The notes under the pieces: generated by a model
Told to the model about the DNA's origin: nothing
The model's input: only the letters and a program-made list of their open reading frames with translations
Databases searched by the model: none
Position numbers and translations under genes: made by a program
Shown here: piece after piece, positions 1-11,274 of the stretch
Layout: every line of letters starts with the position of its first letter
Numbering within the stretch: the stretch's first letter is position 1
Assembly: GCA_038087875.1 (NCBI GenBank)
Contig: CM075988.1
Location: 13,580,001 to 13,644,000 of the forward strand
Direction of reading: 5' to 3'
Origin: Malacoraja senta
Lineage: Eukaryota
Length of the DNA: 64,000 nt

Positions 1-28
1 AAAAAATCGTCTAAGTGGGACCGGTCCT
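1..28. mobile_element. Right terminus of a PIF/Harbinger-type MITE, cut by the window edge
   Basis: Reverse complement reads AGGACCGGTCCCACTT, resembling the AGGCCCTGTCCCACTT TIR at 44643; followed by TTA. Confidence 0.45.
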
Positions 29-1364
29 TTAAGGACTAGATAATGCAGAAGGTTTATTTCGCAAGAAAGAGTACAATACAAAAGAGACCTAACGTCAAAA
101 TTAGAACAAGACTATTGATGAGATGTCTGATCCAAGAAAGCACTGTTGACGGAATTTTTTTAGAAATAGGGAATCCTCTCCTAAGCAGATTTTGAGGGTG
201 GGTCAATGGTAAATTTCTGAATTGTGTTAGTCTGAATTGTGTAGTCAGATGTCTTGCTCTTCTTCTTGTATTCATCACAAATCATCAGCCACAACCTGGA
301 AATCCAAAACATGTTCTATCCACGTTCTAGGAATCTAGCAATAGTCACAATATTAGCGGCTTGTATGTTAGATATTTTGGAATCATATGGATTCTGATCA
401 AAGAATTTGGGAGGAACTTTTGAAGCTGTGTACAAGAGCTCTATTATAGTAACTATTCCTAGCTCTATTATAGTAACTATTCCTAGTAGAAACAGGAATA
501 GAGCATGTTTTGAGATTTTCAGGTCACGATCATATTTCATCTGCATCTAGAGGAAGTGTTTAGTTCTTGTAGGTGGGGTGGCGTGTGTAGGTTGGGGTGG
601 ATTGGGGGGGGAGAGGGGGGGGGTGGCTGTACTTCTTTCATTTGATGAGTGGATTGTAATGTGGCAGTGATGCAAGTAGTCCATTACAGTAAAGTCTGGT
701 CTTGGTAATAGATTTGATTCTGTTAGTGGTTTGAATGATGTTCTTAAAATTGTGGTAATTTATATCCTGGCTCTTTAACACCATAAGCTAAACTGAGCGA
801 TATTGAAGCCTGTGCAGATTTGTTTATGCTCGGTATGCATTAAGTTGAGGAAAGCTTTTTTTTTTCACTTTGCAGGGAATAAATTCTGCCAGTGCCTAAA
901 TGAGTTTGCAAATCTCCTGAATGGAGGTTACAGCTAAAGTGCACACTCAGTCTCCAGCTTCTGCATGATTGGCACTGGCACAACAAAGGTAATTGCAAAT
1001 GAAAAAAAATCGGCTCCTGGGGTGAGGCTTTTAACTATCTTTCTGGAAAAAAAAATGAAAGTCATGTTCATAAGTTCATAAGATCATAAGATGTTAAGTG
1101 ATAGGAGTTAGAATTAGGCCATTCGGCCATCATGTCAACTCTGCCATTCAATCATGGCTGATCTATCTCTCCTAACCCTATTCTCCTGCCTTCTTTTCAT
1201 AAACTTTAGAACCATATTGAAAAGAAACACACAGAATATTACCTCGAGTCTGTGGCTGAGAATGGTGTGTTCTTGTAACTCCTAATATTTAAAACATGAG
1301 AGAAGAATAATCCAAGGAATTCCTGTCATGAGATGAGAGCAGTATCACTGGCTATCTCAATTAG

Positions 1365-1393
1365 TTATATATATATATATATATATATATATA
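1365..1393. repeat. (TA)n microsatellite
   Basis: Direct. Confidence 0.95.
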
Positions 1394-3072
1394 ATGAGGC
1401 AGAGGGAAATATTGTTGGAGACACAGGAAACTGCAGATGCTGGTTTACAAAGAAAGTGTTGGAGTATTCAATGGATCAGGCAGCATTTCTGGAGAATATG
1501 AATGGGTAATGTTTCAGGTCAGGACCCTTCAGTGTGAAGAAGTGTCATGACCCGTAATGTCAAATAATGGTGGTTTTATTTTGACCAGATCAAATTTGCA
1601 TCAGAATTGTAATTAAACACACTGGCCTGTTTTCTCAGACCTTAAATGGTGTCTTGCACCTCCAATAAAGCAGGCAGGATGGGCAGTAATTGCTAACTGA
1701 AAGTTCTTTGTATTGATAAATGCCAAAAATAATTGGTGGAGTATTCATTCCCAAAATGCTCATCTAATTTGAGTTTTCTTTCCATCTTTGCTACACGAAG
1801 CATAAATTTGCAGCCATTTTGTGTATATTCGTGGTTCATCTTAGCTGAAAATGACATTGCAAAGAGATGATCAGAAGTTTCCCACACTTAATATTGACTG
1901 ACAATATAAATATAAAAACTAAAACTAAAATGCAGATGCTGAAAATCTGAAATGAAAAGTGAAAATGCTGGAAATAGTCAGTAAGTCAGGGAGCAGGTGA
2001 GGAAAAAGAAAACGAGTTAATGTATCGAATTGGAGACCCTGTCAGAAATAGAAGAGATAAAAAAGGAGGATTTCAAATTGCAAAGAAGACGGTGGTAGGA
2101 TAGACAAACTGAAAGTGATCGGATGAGGAGAGATTAATCTGAATTTATCTTTTGTGTCTTTAGTAGTGTTGGCTTGTTGGTGCCATCAAGATCCTATATG
2201 GTGAGGTTCTGCATGCCAGCTTTACCTTCGCCTAGTAAATAATATAAAGAGGACAGAACCAGAACAGACCTACCAAAAACATGGAATATTTCTCTGTAGA
2301 AATTAACTATAATTGATTCAAAATTAAATTCTAATATTAATCTTGCTCAGGAAACAGTTCTATCCAATGAAATGGATGAGCTTACTGTTAGCATGCCAGA
2401 TGTGGCTAACAACCCAGTGTGACTGATGAAGGATTGTTGCAAATTTGCACTCTACAGCAACAATACGTGAGCAATGCAATATCATTGTACACTTTGGAAA
2501 TTCTTAGTGAGGAGTTCAGGATGCCCATATTTATGCAGATATTTATGTGAAATGCCAGCAATTCCTCACAGAAATGTCAACATTTCCAAACACGTTCTAG
2601 CCATCATTCTGAAGGGCGGAAGAAAGGCATGATGTTTGGCACTGACACTGTGGGTTGAATGACCTGATAGGTTTTAATTGGAGAACACCTGTCCATCAGC
2701 TTCAGTCCTTGAGTCATTCAATTAAAGAATGAAAATGCCTGGTCTAAACATGGCCTGCAATCATCAGCTTCCTCGTTTCTAGACTGGGGTCCAGCTGTGT
2801 GTTTTGCATCCGTATTGCTTATCTAAGCCCATGGGGCTGGCAATGCAGAAGATAAAGTGAATGTTATAATCCTCCAACCTTCAAGGACTACAGATGGTTT
2901 CTGGCTGATGGACATGCTATCACAATCCATGCTAAAACAATCCATGTTTCAAAAGGCTGACAGCATAACTCCCCTTCAAACAATGCTTGTGTGTGACATG
3001 GTGTAAGCCTACCACACTAGCAGATGCCATTGCCCACTGGTGAAATTAATTTCAATCTGTAACATTCCATAA

Positions 3073-3208
3073 GATAGACACAAAATGCTGGAGTAACTCA
3101 GCTAGACAGGCAGCATCTATGGAGAGAAAATGCTGCCGGTCCCGATGAGTTATTCCAGCATTTTGTGTCTATCTTCAGTGTAAACCAGCATCTGCAGTTC
3201 CTTCCTAC
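3073..3208. mobile_element. Short fold-back Penelope-derived element
   Basis: Inverted arms GATAGACACAAAATGCTGGAG / CCAGCATTTTGTGTCTATC matching the PLE 3' end at 53950-53997; 11-bp TSD ACATTCCATAA (3062-3072, 3209-3219). Confidence 0.8.
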
Positions 3209-3704
3209 ACATTCCATAACATTCCAGATTTGTTATCATTTTTAGTCATTTTGTTTCCTGTTTCTGTCCCCGGCCAAGAGATGGAAAGAATTATCCTCAG
3301 GTCTGTACTGATTGCTTGATCAATCAAGAGAATACAGATGGTAACTGGATGGAAAAGGAAGATTTGTATTAATGTGGTAACCTGTACTTTGAGAGAATGC
3401 ACTCCACAGCCAAAGAGATACTTAATACTCTGTGAAGACAGAAATTACAAAATCATGGCACTGTGAAATATTGACGTAAAACTATGACTGACCTCCCCGC
3501 CACTAGTATTTTGAAGTATTGATGAATCATCTTTGACCATGCCTTACATCTGATTTATTCCACGACCGAATCTGTGATTGATATTTTAGTACACTGCAAG
3601 GAATGTTGCATTTTGGCCGATGCTGTACCTTAGTAAAGTGTCAATTATGCTGTTTCATCATTTGCAAAGAGCAGGAATTTCTCCTGATATCTTAATCCAT
3701 TGGA

Positions 3705-4130
3705 GGCTGCAGGGAAGACCTAATGGAAGTATATGAAAATAGATAGATTAGCATAGATAGGGTAGAACGTCAAAATCATTTCCCAGGATGGGAAAATCAA
3801 ATATTAATGGGCATAGGTTTGAGGCTTTAAAATGAGAGGAGCAAAGTTTAAAGGAGATGTGCATGGCAAGTTTATACACAGAGAATGGTGAGTGAGTGAG
3901 TGAGTGAGTGAGTGAGTGAGTGAGTGAGTGAGTGAGCTGCCAGGAGTGGTGGTTGAGGCAGATATGATAGTGACATTTAAAGGACTTTTGGATAGGCATA
4001 CATATATGCAAGGAATGGAGGAATGTCGATTATTAAAAGGCAGACAACATTTGGTCTTGGCATATCATTCAGGACAAACAATGTGGGCCGAAGGGGACTG
4101 TTCTTGTATTGTCCTGTTCAATGTTCTATA
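3705..4130 (+). mobile_element. Degenerate CR1/HER1 LINE 3' end containing a (GTGA)n expansion at about 3887-3936
   Basis: Similar to the 3' region of the CR1 at 21360-21776; ends in GGGCCGAAGGG...TGTTCTAT tail. Confidence 0.7.
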
Positions 4131-4347
4131 TCAAATTATTAACTGACAGAAACAGATTAAGTGGTCAGTTAGCTGGTTAGTTGTGTTTCTCAAGAGTAAA
4201 TATGTTGGAGAAAAGTGTAAAGTGAGAGTTTCAAGCTCCTTGGCATTAATATTACCAATCATCTGTCGTGGATCAACCACATTGATGTGAGAGCCACAAA
4301 GGCACACCAACTTGAATTTGATCTGATTGTGTTTATTATGTAGGTTA

Positions 4348-5265
4348 TCTATATTACTAAAAGTCTGATCTTGACCACTTCATGCTGTTCTGTATATTGA
4401 TTTTAGAACAAACGCTGCCACTTACGGCTGTTATTTTTGGCCATCTTGCTCAGAGTCCCCCTCCGCTGTGCAGGACAAGAGGATTTTTCCCATCGATGAA
4501 AAATAATAGAGTTATTAGTGTTTAAAAAATGTTGAGATTCTCTCTCCTGAAGGCCACGCCCCTTCCGGAGGGACTATAAAACCCGGAAGTGTTGAGTGCC
4601 TCAGTCGGTCTCTGCAAGATGGGGGAGCGAGAGGGTCACGTCTCTCAGTCTGAGCTGTGAATAACACTGAACACATGTCTACTAAACTGAGTGTGGTTTT
4701 ACTGACCTTGAGTTCCCTCAATGTGGTTTGAAAATGAAAATGTGGTTGGTTTGAAATAAAGCACAGCAAATGGTTGCACCTGAATTCAGGGCACTGCACC
4801 TGAGTTTGGTGGCCTTGCACCCTGCTTGAAGTGGTATGAAACTGCACTTGAATTTGGTGGCCTTGCACACTGCTTGAAGTGGTAAGAAACTGCACTTGAA
4901 TTTAGTGGCCTTGCACCCTGCTTGAAATGGTAGGAAACTGCATTTGAATTTGGTGGCCTTGCACCCTGCTTGAAATGGAATTTCAAGGAATGACCATGAG
5001 TCAACTGCCAGCCCACCAGCCGTGAGTGAGCTGCCAGCACATCAGGCTTGAGTGACTGAGCTGCCACCGCAAGAATCCATTTGGCTCACAATGTCCATAC
5101 TAGCCCTCTGGAAACCAGTCCCTTTAGCCCACAACACCCATACTAGCACTCCAGAAAGCCCCCCCCCCCAACTGGCTACCAATATTGGAATTGGTGGAGA
5201 GGTGGAATATTGGGGGACCAGCCCTCCCGTGTGAACATGGGACCCAACGGGGTCCGACAGTCTAG
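4348..5265 (+). mobile_element. Non-autonomous Helitron (about 918 bp)
   Basis: 5' TC (TCTATATTACTAAAAG), 3' CTAG preceded by hairpin GGACCC-AACG-GGGTCC (5240-5255), inserted between host A (4347) and T (5266), no TSD. Confidence 0.85.
4793..4978. repeat. 48-bp minisatellite, about 3.9 copies, inside the Helitron
   Basis: Units start at 4793, 4841, 4889, 4937 (ACTGCACTTGAATTTGGTGGCCTTGCACCCTGCTTGAAGTGGTANGAA). Confidence 0.95.
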
Positions 5266-5480
5266 TATCTGATATATTTTGGAAATCATGCGAAACAATG
5301 CTTTTCACTGCACCTCAGCACATGTGACAATAGTAAACCTAAACATAAACTAAAAATACCCAAACAAACATAAAACCATTAGTTAAAATGTGTATATTAA
5401 TTCTGAAGACAGGTAGTGACAGCCCCTTGAAGGCTTAATTACGCAAGGCCCATATTGCCAGATTATCTAAGGCATTAATA

Positions 5481-5796
5481 GGGTGGGATGGTGGCGCAGC
5501 GGTAGAGTTGCTGCCTTACAGCACCAGAGACCCGGGTTCGATCCTGACTACGGGTGCTTGTTTGTACGAAGTTAGTATGTTCTCACCGTGACCTGCGTCG
5601 GTTTTCTGTGGGATATCCGGTTTCCTCCCACACTCCATAGAGGTACAGGTTTGTAGGCTAAGTGGCTTGGTATAATTGTTTAAATAAAGTCCCTAGTGTG
5701 TGTAGGATAATGTTAGTGTGCAGGGATCGCCGGTCAGTGTGGACTTGGTGGGTCAAAGGGCTTGTTTTCGCCCTGTATCTCCAAAACGAAACAAAA
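5481..5796 (+). mobile_element. HE1-type tRNA-derived V-SINE
   Basis: A box TGGCGCAGCGG, B box GGTTCGATCC, V-domain GGTTTCCTCCCACA, CR1-like 3' end. Confidence 0.85.
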
Positions 5797-6430
5797 TTTG
5801 ACTTATTCTCAGAGATGAAATGTTTTGCTTCCTTTAGATGACCGTCCTAGTGCAACTTATACAAAGTAATTAAGTATAGAATTGGCAGATTTCATTGTCA
5901 GCCACTTCTGGGGACCAAGCCAATATTCACAGCAGTATAAATGAACAAAATAGCTTAATCCTCCTGTATTATTAAGTCAATTGTTTAATCGCTATTCCAT
6001 TTAATTTCAACCCACTTTGCATCCCCTTATTTCCGAAAAATGTGGTTGTCAAGCTAATTGTAGGCAACTCTACTAAGTTCAAGACTTGAAACGTTCAATA
6101 GCTGGAAGGTATTACAGTTATGTAATGGGCTCATGATGGCTTCCCTCTGCACTCTCTCTGGGGCATATCTTGCTCCTATTTTCATAATTGTGTTCACAGC
6201 CCTGTACAAAATTTTGGAAGAAATCCGAACAATATATACAACTAAACCTATTTCAGTGGGATTTGCTCTGCCTTCATGTGCAGTACATTCTACTTAATAC
6301 AGATGAACAGTGATTGATAGTATCCAATCTAAAACATCATGGAGGCATTAAACCATCATATTCCCTAAATACAGAAATGTAGCTGCAGATATTTGTAGCT
6401 GCAAATGTAGCTGCAGAAATTGTCCATAGT

Positions 6431-6749
6431 GGGTCACGGTGGCACACTGGTAGAGTTGCTGCCTTACAGCGAATGCAGCGCCGGAGACTCGGGTTCGATC
6501 CCGACTACGGGTGCTGTCTGTACGGAGTTTGTACGTTCTCCCCGTGACCTACGTGGGTTTTCTCCGAGATCTTCGGTTTCCTCCCACACTCTAAAGACGT
6601 ACAGGTTTGTAGGTTGATTGGCTTGTTAAATATAAAAATTGTCCCTAGTGGGTGTAGGATAGTGTTGCTGTGCGGGTATCGCTGGTCGACGCGGACCAGG
6701 TGGGCCGAAGGGCCTATTTCCTCGCTGTATCTCTAAACTAAACTAAACT
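6431..6749 (+). mobile_element. HE1-type SINE, full length
   Basis: B box GGTTCGATCC, V-domain, tail (TAAAC)n. Confidence 0.9.
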
Positions 6750-7169
6750 GGAGACAATAAGAAGGGAATTACACATTTCTGCAGTGTGAAAAGTATTCAT
6801 GAAAAATCTAATTTTACCTTAATAAATTGCAGATCCAATTCCCCCACATGAGAGTCTCTAAAATGGTTGTATTCTGCATAGCTACATTTCAAAAAGTCCG
6901 CTGGACTGATGATAAATAAAATAATCCAGACCTTGAATAATAGAATGTAAATTTGCATCTCATCTAGTTGATTGGAATGTTTCATAGTACTTTCTGAATT
7001 ACTTTCAGGCGCTGAGGCTTATATATGTTAAAATGCAAATACATCCTCCCACAGAGCAACCTGAAATGAATGAAGAGTTATATTGTTCTTTGTGGCTGCT
7101 TTGTCTGGGAGCAAAATATTAAGAAATTAATTTTGATGTAGGTCAGCACAATAATACATTTTCGTGAGA

Positions 7170-7438
7170 AGGGGCGGCACAGTTGTGCAGCAGTAGAGCT
7201 GCAGCCTCACCGTGCCCCAGGCCTGGGTTCAATCCTGACTCGTATGGCATTTGTACGTTCTCCCTGTGACCACATGGGTTTTCTCTGGGTGCTCCAATTT
7301 TGTCCCACATTCTAAAGATGTGCAGGTTTGTAGGATAATTGGCTTCGATAAATTGTCCCTTGTGTATAAGATGTGAAACTTGGATAACATAGAACTAGTG
7401 TATATGTGATCGTTGGTTGGTGCGGACTTGGTGGGCCT
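7170..7438 (+). mobile_element. HE1-type SINE, degenerate
   Basis: Collinear with the 6431 copy. Confidence 0.75.
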
Positions 7439-8246
7439 TATTATCATACTTGACAACATTTATATATAGAAATTGCTGCTTTGTGTTGATATCCTTAATA
7501 ATATGGATTGGCAATTGGGTTTCCAATCTTCATTCTCCAGCTTTGCCCTGATCTTCTCCCAATTACAGCGGGAGAATGGAGGTTTCCCATGGAAATTCCA
7601 TTTTGGGTGTTTCGACAGAGGAATATTAATCAAATGAAAGCACATTGGGTTGAACGATCATGAACATTTGTTTGAAACAAGACAGTTTGATGACCAAAAG
7701 GACATAAAGTTGTGGAGTAACGCAGCAGGTCAAAAAGCATCTCTGGAGAACAGGAACAGAAAATAATCTTTGTGTCTTTTGTGTTCCTTGTTTCTACAGT
7801 GTGATAACCAATGCCATTGTGTTTGGCATGTTAAGTTATTACTTAAATAATTTTGAAAGGAAAAAATAAAATTGAAAATTCATGTGAGAAAATTCTAAAA
7901 ATCAACATTTCTCCCATATAGTAAATACTATGCTGCTTTGTCTTGTTTTTCCTGAGAGTTTGGCATTGAACACAAGATATAAAAACAAATACCTAAAGCA
8001 TTGATATTTCTTCCTCATAAATGTTGGATTGTTTCCTTATGTGCCCTATTGAAATTAAATTATTTATTGAGAAATACGCTTTACTTCCACAAAACACAGT
8101 TGGAGGGATGGCAGCTGAAATGTTATCATTGCTAGGGATCCTGAACCAAGCTTCACAGTCAGAGATCAACAAACAGGTAGCCTCAGATAATGGATTTGGA
8201 CATGAATAGAGTTGGTGCTCATCTGTAATATTCAAAATGTCTGCCA

Positions 8247-8553
8247 TTTTAGTTTAGATTAGTTTAGAGGTACAGCGTGGAAACAGGCCCACCGAGTCCA
8301 CACCGACCAGCGATCCCCGCACATTAACACCACACCACACACACTATGGACAATTTTGCATTTTACACCAAGCCAATTAACCTACAACCCTGTACGTCTT
8401 TGGAGTGTGGGAGGACACCGATCCAGAGAAAACCCACGCAGTTGACGGAGAGAATGTACAAACACTGTACAAACAAGCACCCATAGTCAGGATGGAACCC
8501 GGGTCTCTGTCATTGTGAGGCAGTAGCTCTACCGCTATGCCGCCGTGCCTCCC
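8247..8553 (-). mobile_element. HE1-type SINE
   Basis: Reverse complement of the 6431 copy with (TAAAC)n tail. Confidence 0.85.
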
Positions 8554-9937
8554 TTTCTTCCATTCTTCCATAAGATTTTCTTCCAGAAGAAGCATTCCAA
8601 ACTAAAGTACACTGATTGGATTCTCATTGAATTCATCATTCTCCTATCATTTAAATTCAGTAACTTGTACAGTATTTCATTAAAATAATGAAGAGAGAGA
8701 AGAAATCTATTGCACAGAGAAGAAAGCTATTGCATGTTGACCTAAAGTGTTTTAAAAGTAAATTACCTGATATTTGCATATTATTCATTTGCAGGAAAAA
8801 CAATCCTGTGATTCAGACATGGAAATAATTTAAAATCAAGGGCACACCTTAGGCCAGTTAGCCTATTAATTTATGCAGACAATGCAGCAATTTAACTAAT
8901 TTGACTTGTGTAACATCTAACTTTTTCTAACAATATTGTGTTGCTGCTCAATTTTAACTTAAACTGATTTTTAAGTTAAAATTGGGGGGGATGTGGGGGA
9001 GAAAGGGGAGGGGAAGGGCGGGTTTATTAAAGATTATTTAAAATTGGAGATTTCACTCTTCACTGTTGTAAGATACCAAGCTAAACCAAGATTATCAGTT
9101 GTCCCCTGGAAAATAATGGAGGCTTGGCTCTCATACATTAATTCAGTGTGTAACAGGAGCTCTCCGGTATATCGATGCCATCTAAATATTATTTGTTAAA
9201 CTATCTGAAGCAATTGTTAGTAGATCGTGAATGTATTTTTATATTGTAACAATTCCAGATAAAATATCAGCTACAAATTCAGAACAATGGCACTGTACCC
9301 AGCAAAGATTAAAATGTGTTCCTTTTCTTCAACTTGTCTCTTCATTCTTGGGGATATATACACTAAGTGATAAACATACACTAATTTAGAATAAAAAAGA
9401 GAAAATGCTGGAAATAATCAGAAGGTCATGCAGCATTTGTGGAGAGATCATCAGTTTTAAGATGTATCTTCAACCTGAAATGCTAATCTCCACAGATACA
9501 CCCTGACCCTTTGAGCTGTTTCTGCATTTCCTATTTTTTATTACAGATTGTTTTTTTGTATTTCATTCATTAAAGCACAGTGACTCAAACAGTAGCTTGT
9601 TTAAGGACTCCATTCCCTTGCACTGCTTTTATCTGTGTCCATTGCTGCTGGCCTGATAATCCCACCTTCCACCTCAGTACTTCTGATCTGCATTCTCTTT
9701 TACTTAGCTATTTCCTCCCTTACCACGCCCCCCATCTACCATTTCCAGGGTTTTCAGTGAAGTCCATTTCATTTGTTGCACCTCTGCTCTCAACACCTTC
9801 ACCCCCATTTCTGGCACATCCAGTGTGATATTGCTAATAATTACATCCTCCCCTCATTCAAAATGATTAATTTATCTGTCATTCTGTGGCTCATTTCTAA
9901 GATGCAATCCATACCAGCTCTGCTTCCAATGGAAAGT

Positions 9938-9972
9938 CTGAAGAAGGGTCTCGACCCGAAACGTCACCCATT
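9938..9972 (+). ncRNA. Minimal hammerhead ribozyme motif in a PLE-derived short element (about 9935-10037)
   Basis: CUGAAGA, extra A, stem II GGGU/ACCC with loop CUCG, GAAA, CGUC cleavage triplet with palindromic ACGU. Confidence 0.7.
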
Positions 9973-10074
9973 CCTCTCCAGAGATGCTGCCTGTCCCACT
10001 GAGTTACTCCAGCTTTTTGTGTCTATCTTCTGCTTCCTATGGGACTGGACGATAGAATAGTTACTTTTATTTCC

Positions 10075-10600
10075 TCCCTTCCGTTGATCCAAAGATCCAG
10101 ACATTCTTTCCAGGTAAAATACTGATTTTCATGTGCCTCCTTCAATCTACTTTACTGTATTTGATCCTAATGTGGTCACCTTTACAATGGGGAGATCAAG
10201 AGCAGATTCAGTCGCTACTTTTTTCGAGGATCACAATTCAGTCTCCAAGCATAAACTTGACCATTGTTGTCTCGGAAATTGTCTCACTCTACTCCTGCAC
10301 TTGACTTAGTTGCAACTTCTCCACGTTCAAAATGTATTCCTGGCTGCACTACCATTCATTTACCCTTTCATTATCATCCTTTTCATTAATTAATCTCCCT
10401 GCCCTTCTCTTTATCCTTGTCCTTCCCTATTGTTCATACCTTCACTTCTCGTAATTTTTTGCATTTAGTTTAACTAACATTTTACAACTTTGATGAAAGG
10501 TCACAGACCTGATATATGAATCCTATTTCTCTTTACTGCTACAACCCAGCCTGCAGCGTTTGTGCATTATTTTCGCTTGTATTTCAGATGTCCGGCATCC
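10075..10600 (+). mobile_element. Old degenerate Penelope-like element 3' part (GIY-YIG remnant)
   Basis: Remnant FQV...SFNLLYCI...LY.GE.K.R collinear with the 53485-53610 endonuclease. Confidence 0.55.
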
Positions 10601-10754
10601 TCAGCACAGTGCCTTTGAACCCAGGCTTTAGTGACTTACAACGGGAACTATGTGTGTGAAATTTAAGAATCTAATAGCTGAGACTCTGCTATCCTGTTGA
10701 GAATTCTGATTTGTGCCAAGAAATAGTTTGTTGCTTTCTGTTACAAAAGCAACA

Positions 10755-10837
10755 GGGGGGCTGTGGATGGCTATGGATCAGCGTTCTCGTTGCGCCCCCC
10801 GTCAGTACCCAGGCTCGCCTGGGGAAGCCAATGATCC
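10755..10837 (+). ncRNA. HDV-like (CPEB3-type) self-cleaving ribozyme
   Basis: P1 GGGGGGC/GCCCCCC; P2 GGAUCA/UGAUCC; P3 GCG/UGC; L3 UUCUCGU; J1/4 GUCAG; P4 CCCAGG/CCUGGG; J4/2 GCCAA with putative catalytic C10828. Confidence 0.88.
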
Positions 10838-11274
10838 TTCCAGCAGACTAAATTCTACAAGACGACGCCTGAGAGCCAAGTCAAAGAATCCTAGTCATTA
10901 TCCCAAAGCCGAAAGCAGCGACAACGACCAGCCTCAAGAGCACCTAGCAGTTGGACCTGCTCTCCGAAAACTACAGCTGAATGTTGAAGGCCTCTCTGCA
11001 GCCAAGCGACGCCTCATCGAAGTCCTCGCCCACCAACACTTCATTGACGTCATCTGTCTATTCAGGACTGGACATGGCCCCTGCTTGGCCAGCCTTCACA
11101 AATGGGGCAGCAGCCCAACCCGACGGTGTGCTTGTGGAGAGCAGCAAACAATGTGACACATCATCATCATTGAAGCATGCCCTCAAAAAAGTCTTAAAGG
11201 AGGACTTGTCACCCTTCATACAGCAGATCAAGAGGCAACTGCTTGGCTAAAGGACTTTGCATTCGCTAAATAAA
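10755..11274 (+). mobile_element. Internally deleted non-autonomous Vingi (Ingi-clade) non-LTR element
   Basis: APE start LQLNVEGLS..K..I..L..H..DVICL fused directly to C-terminal FRTGHG..LHKWG....CACGEQQTM*HII..CP; TAAA tail; TSD TGTTACAAAA (10739-10748, 11275-11284). Confidence 0.8.

Noticed and set aside
40..560. Coding-looking stretch with ORFs 54-278 and 316-546 and local tandem duplications (24 bp at 437-484)
   Set aside because: Only vague resemblance to L1 endonuclease or tyrosine-recombinase motifs; multiple stops; cannot be assigned without a profile search
4793..4978. Regularly spaced repeats resembling a CRISPR array
   Set aside because: Head-to-tail tandem units with no unique spacers, eukaryotic context, no cas genes
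6431..6510. tRNA-like sequences with A/B boxes
   Set aside because: They are SINE heads continuing into V-domain and LINE-like tails, not tRNA genes
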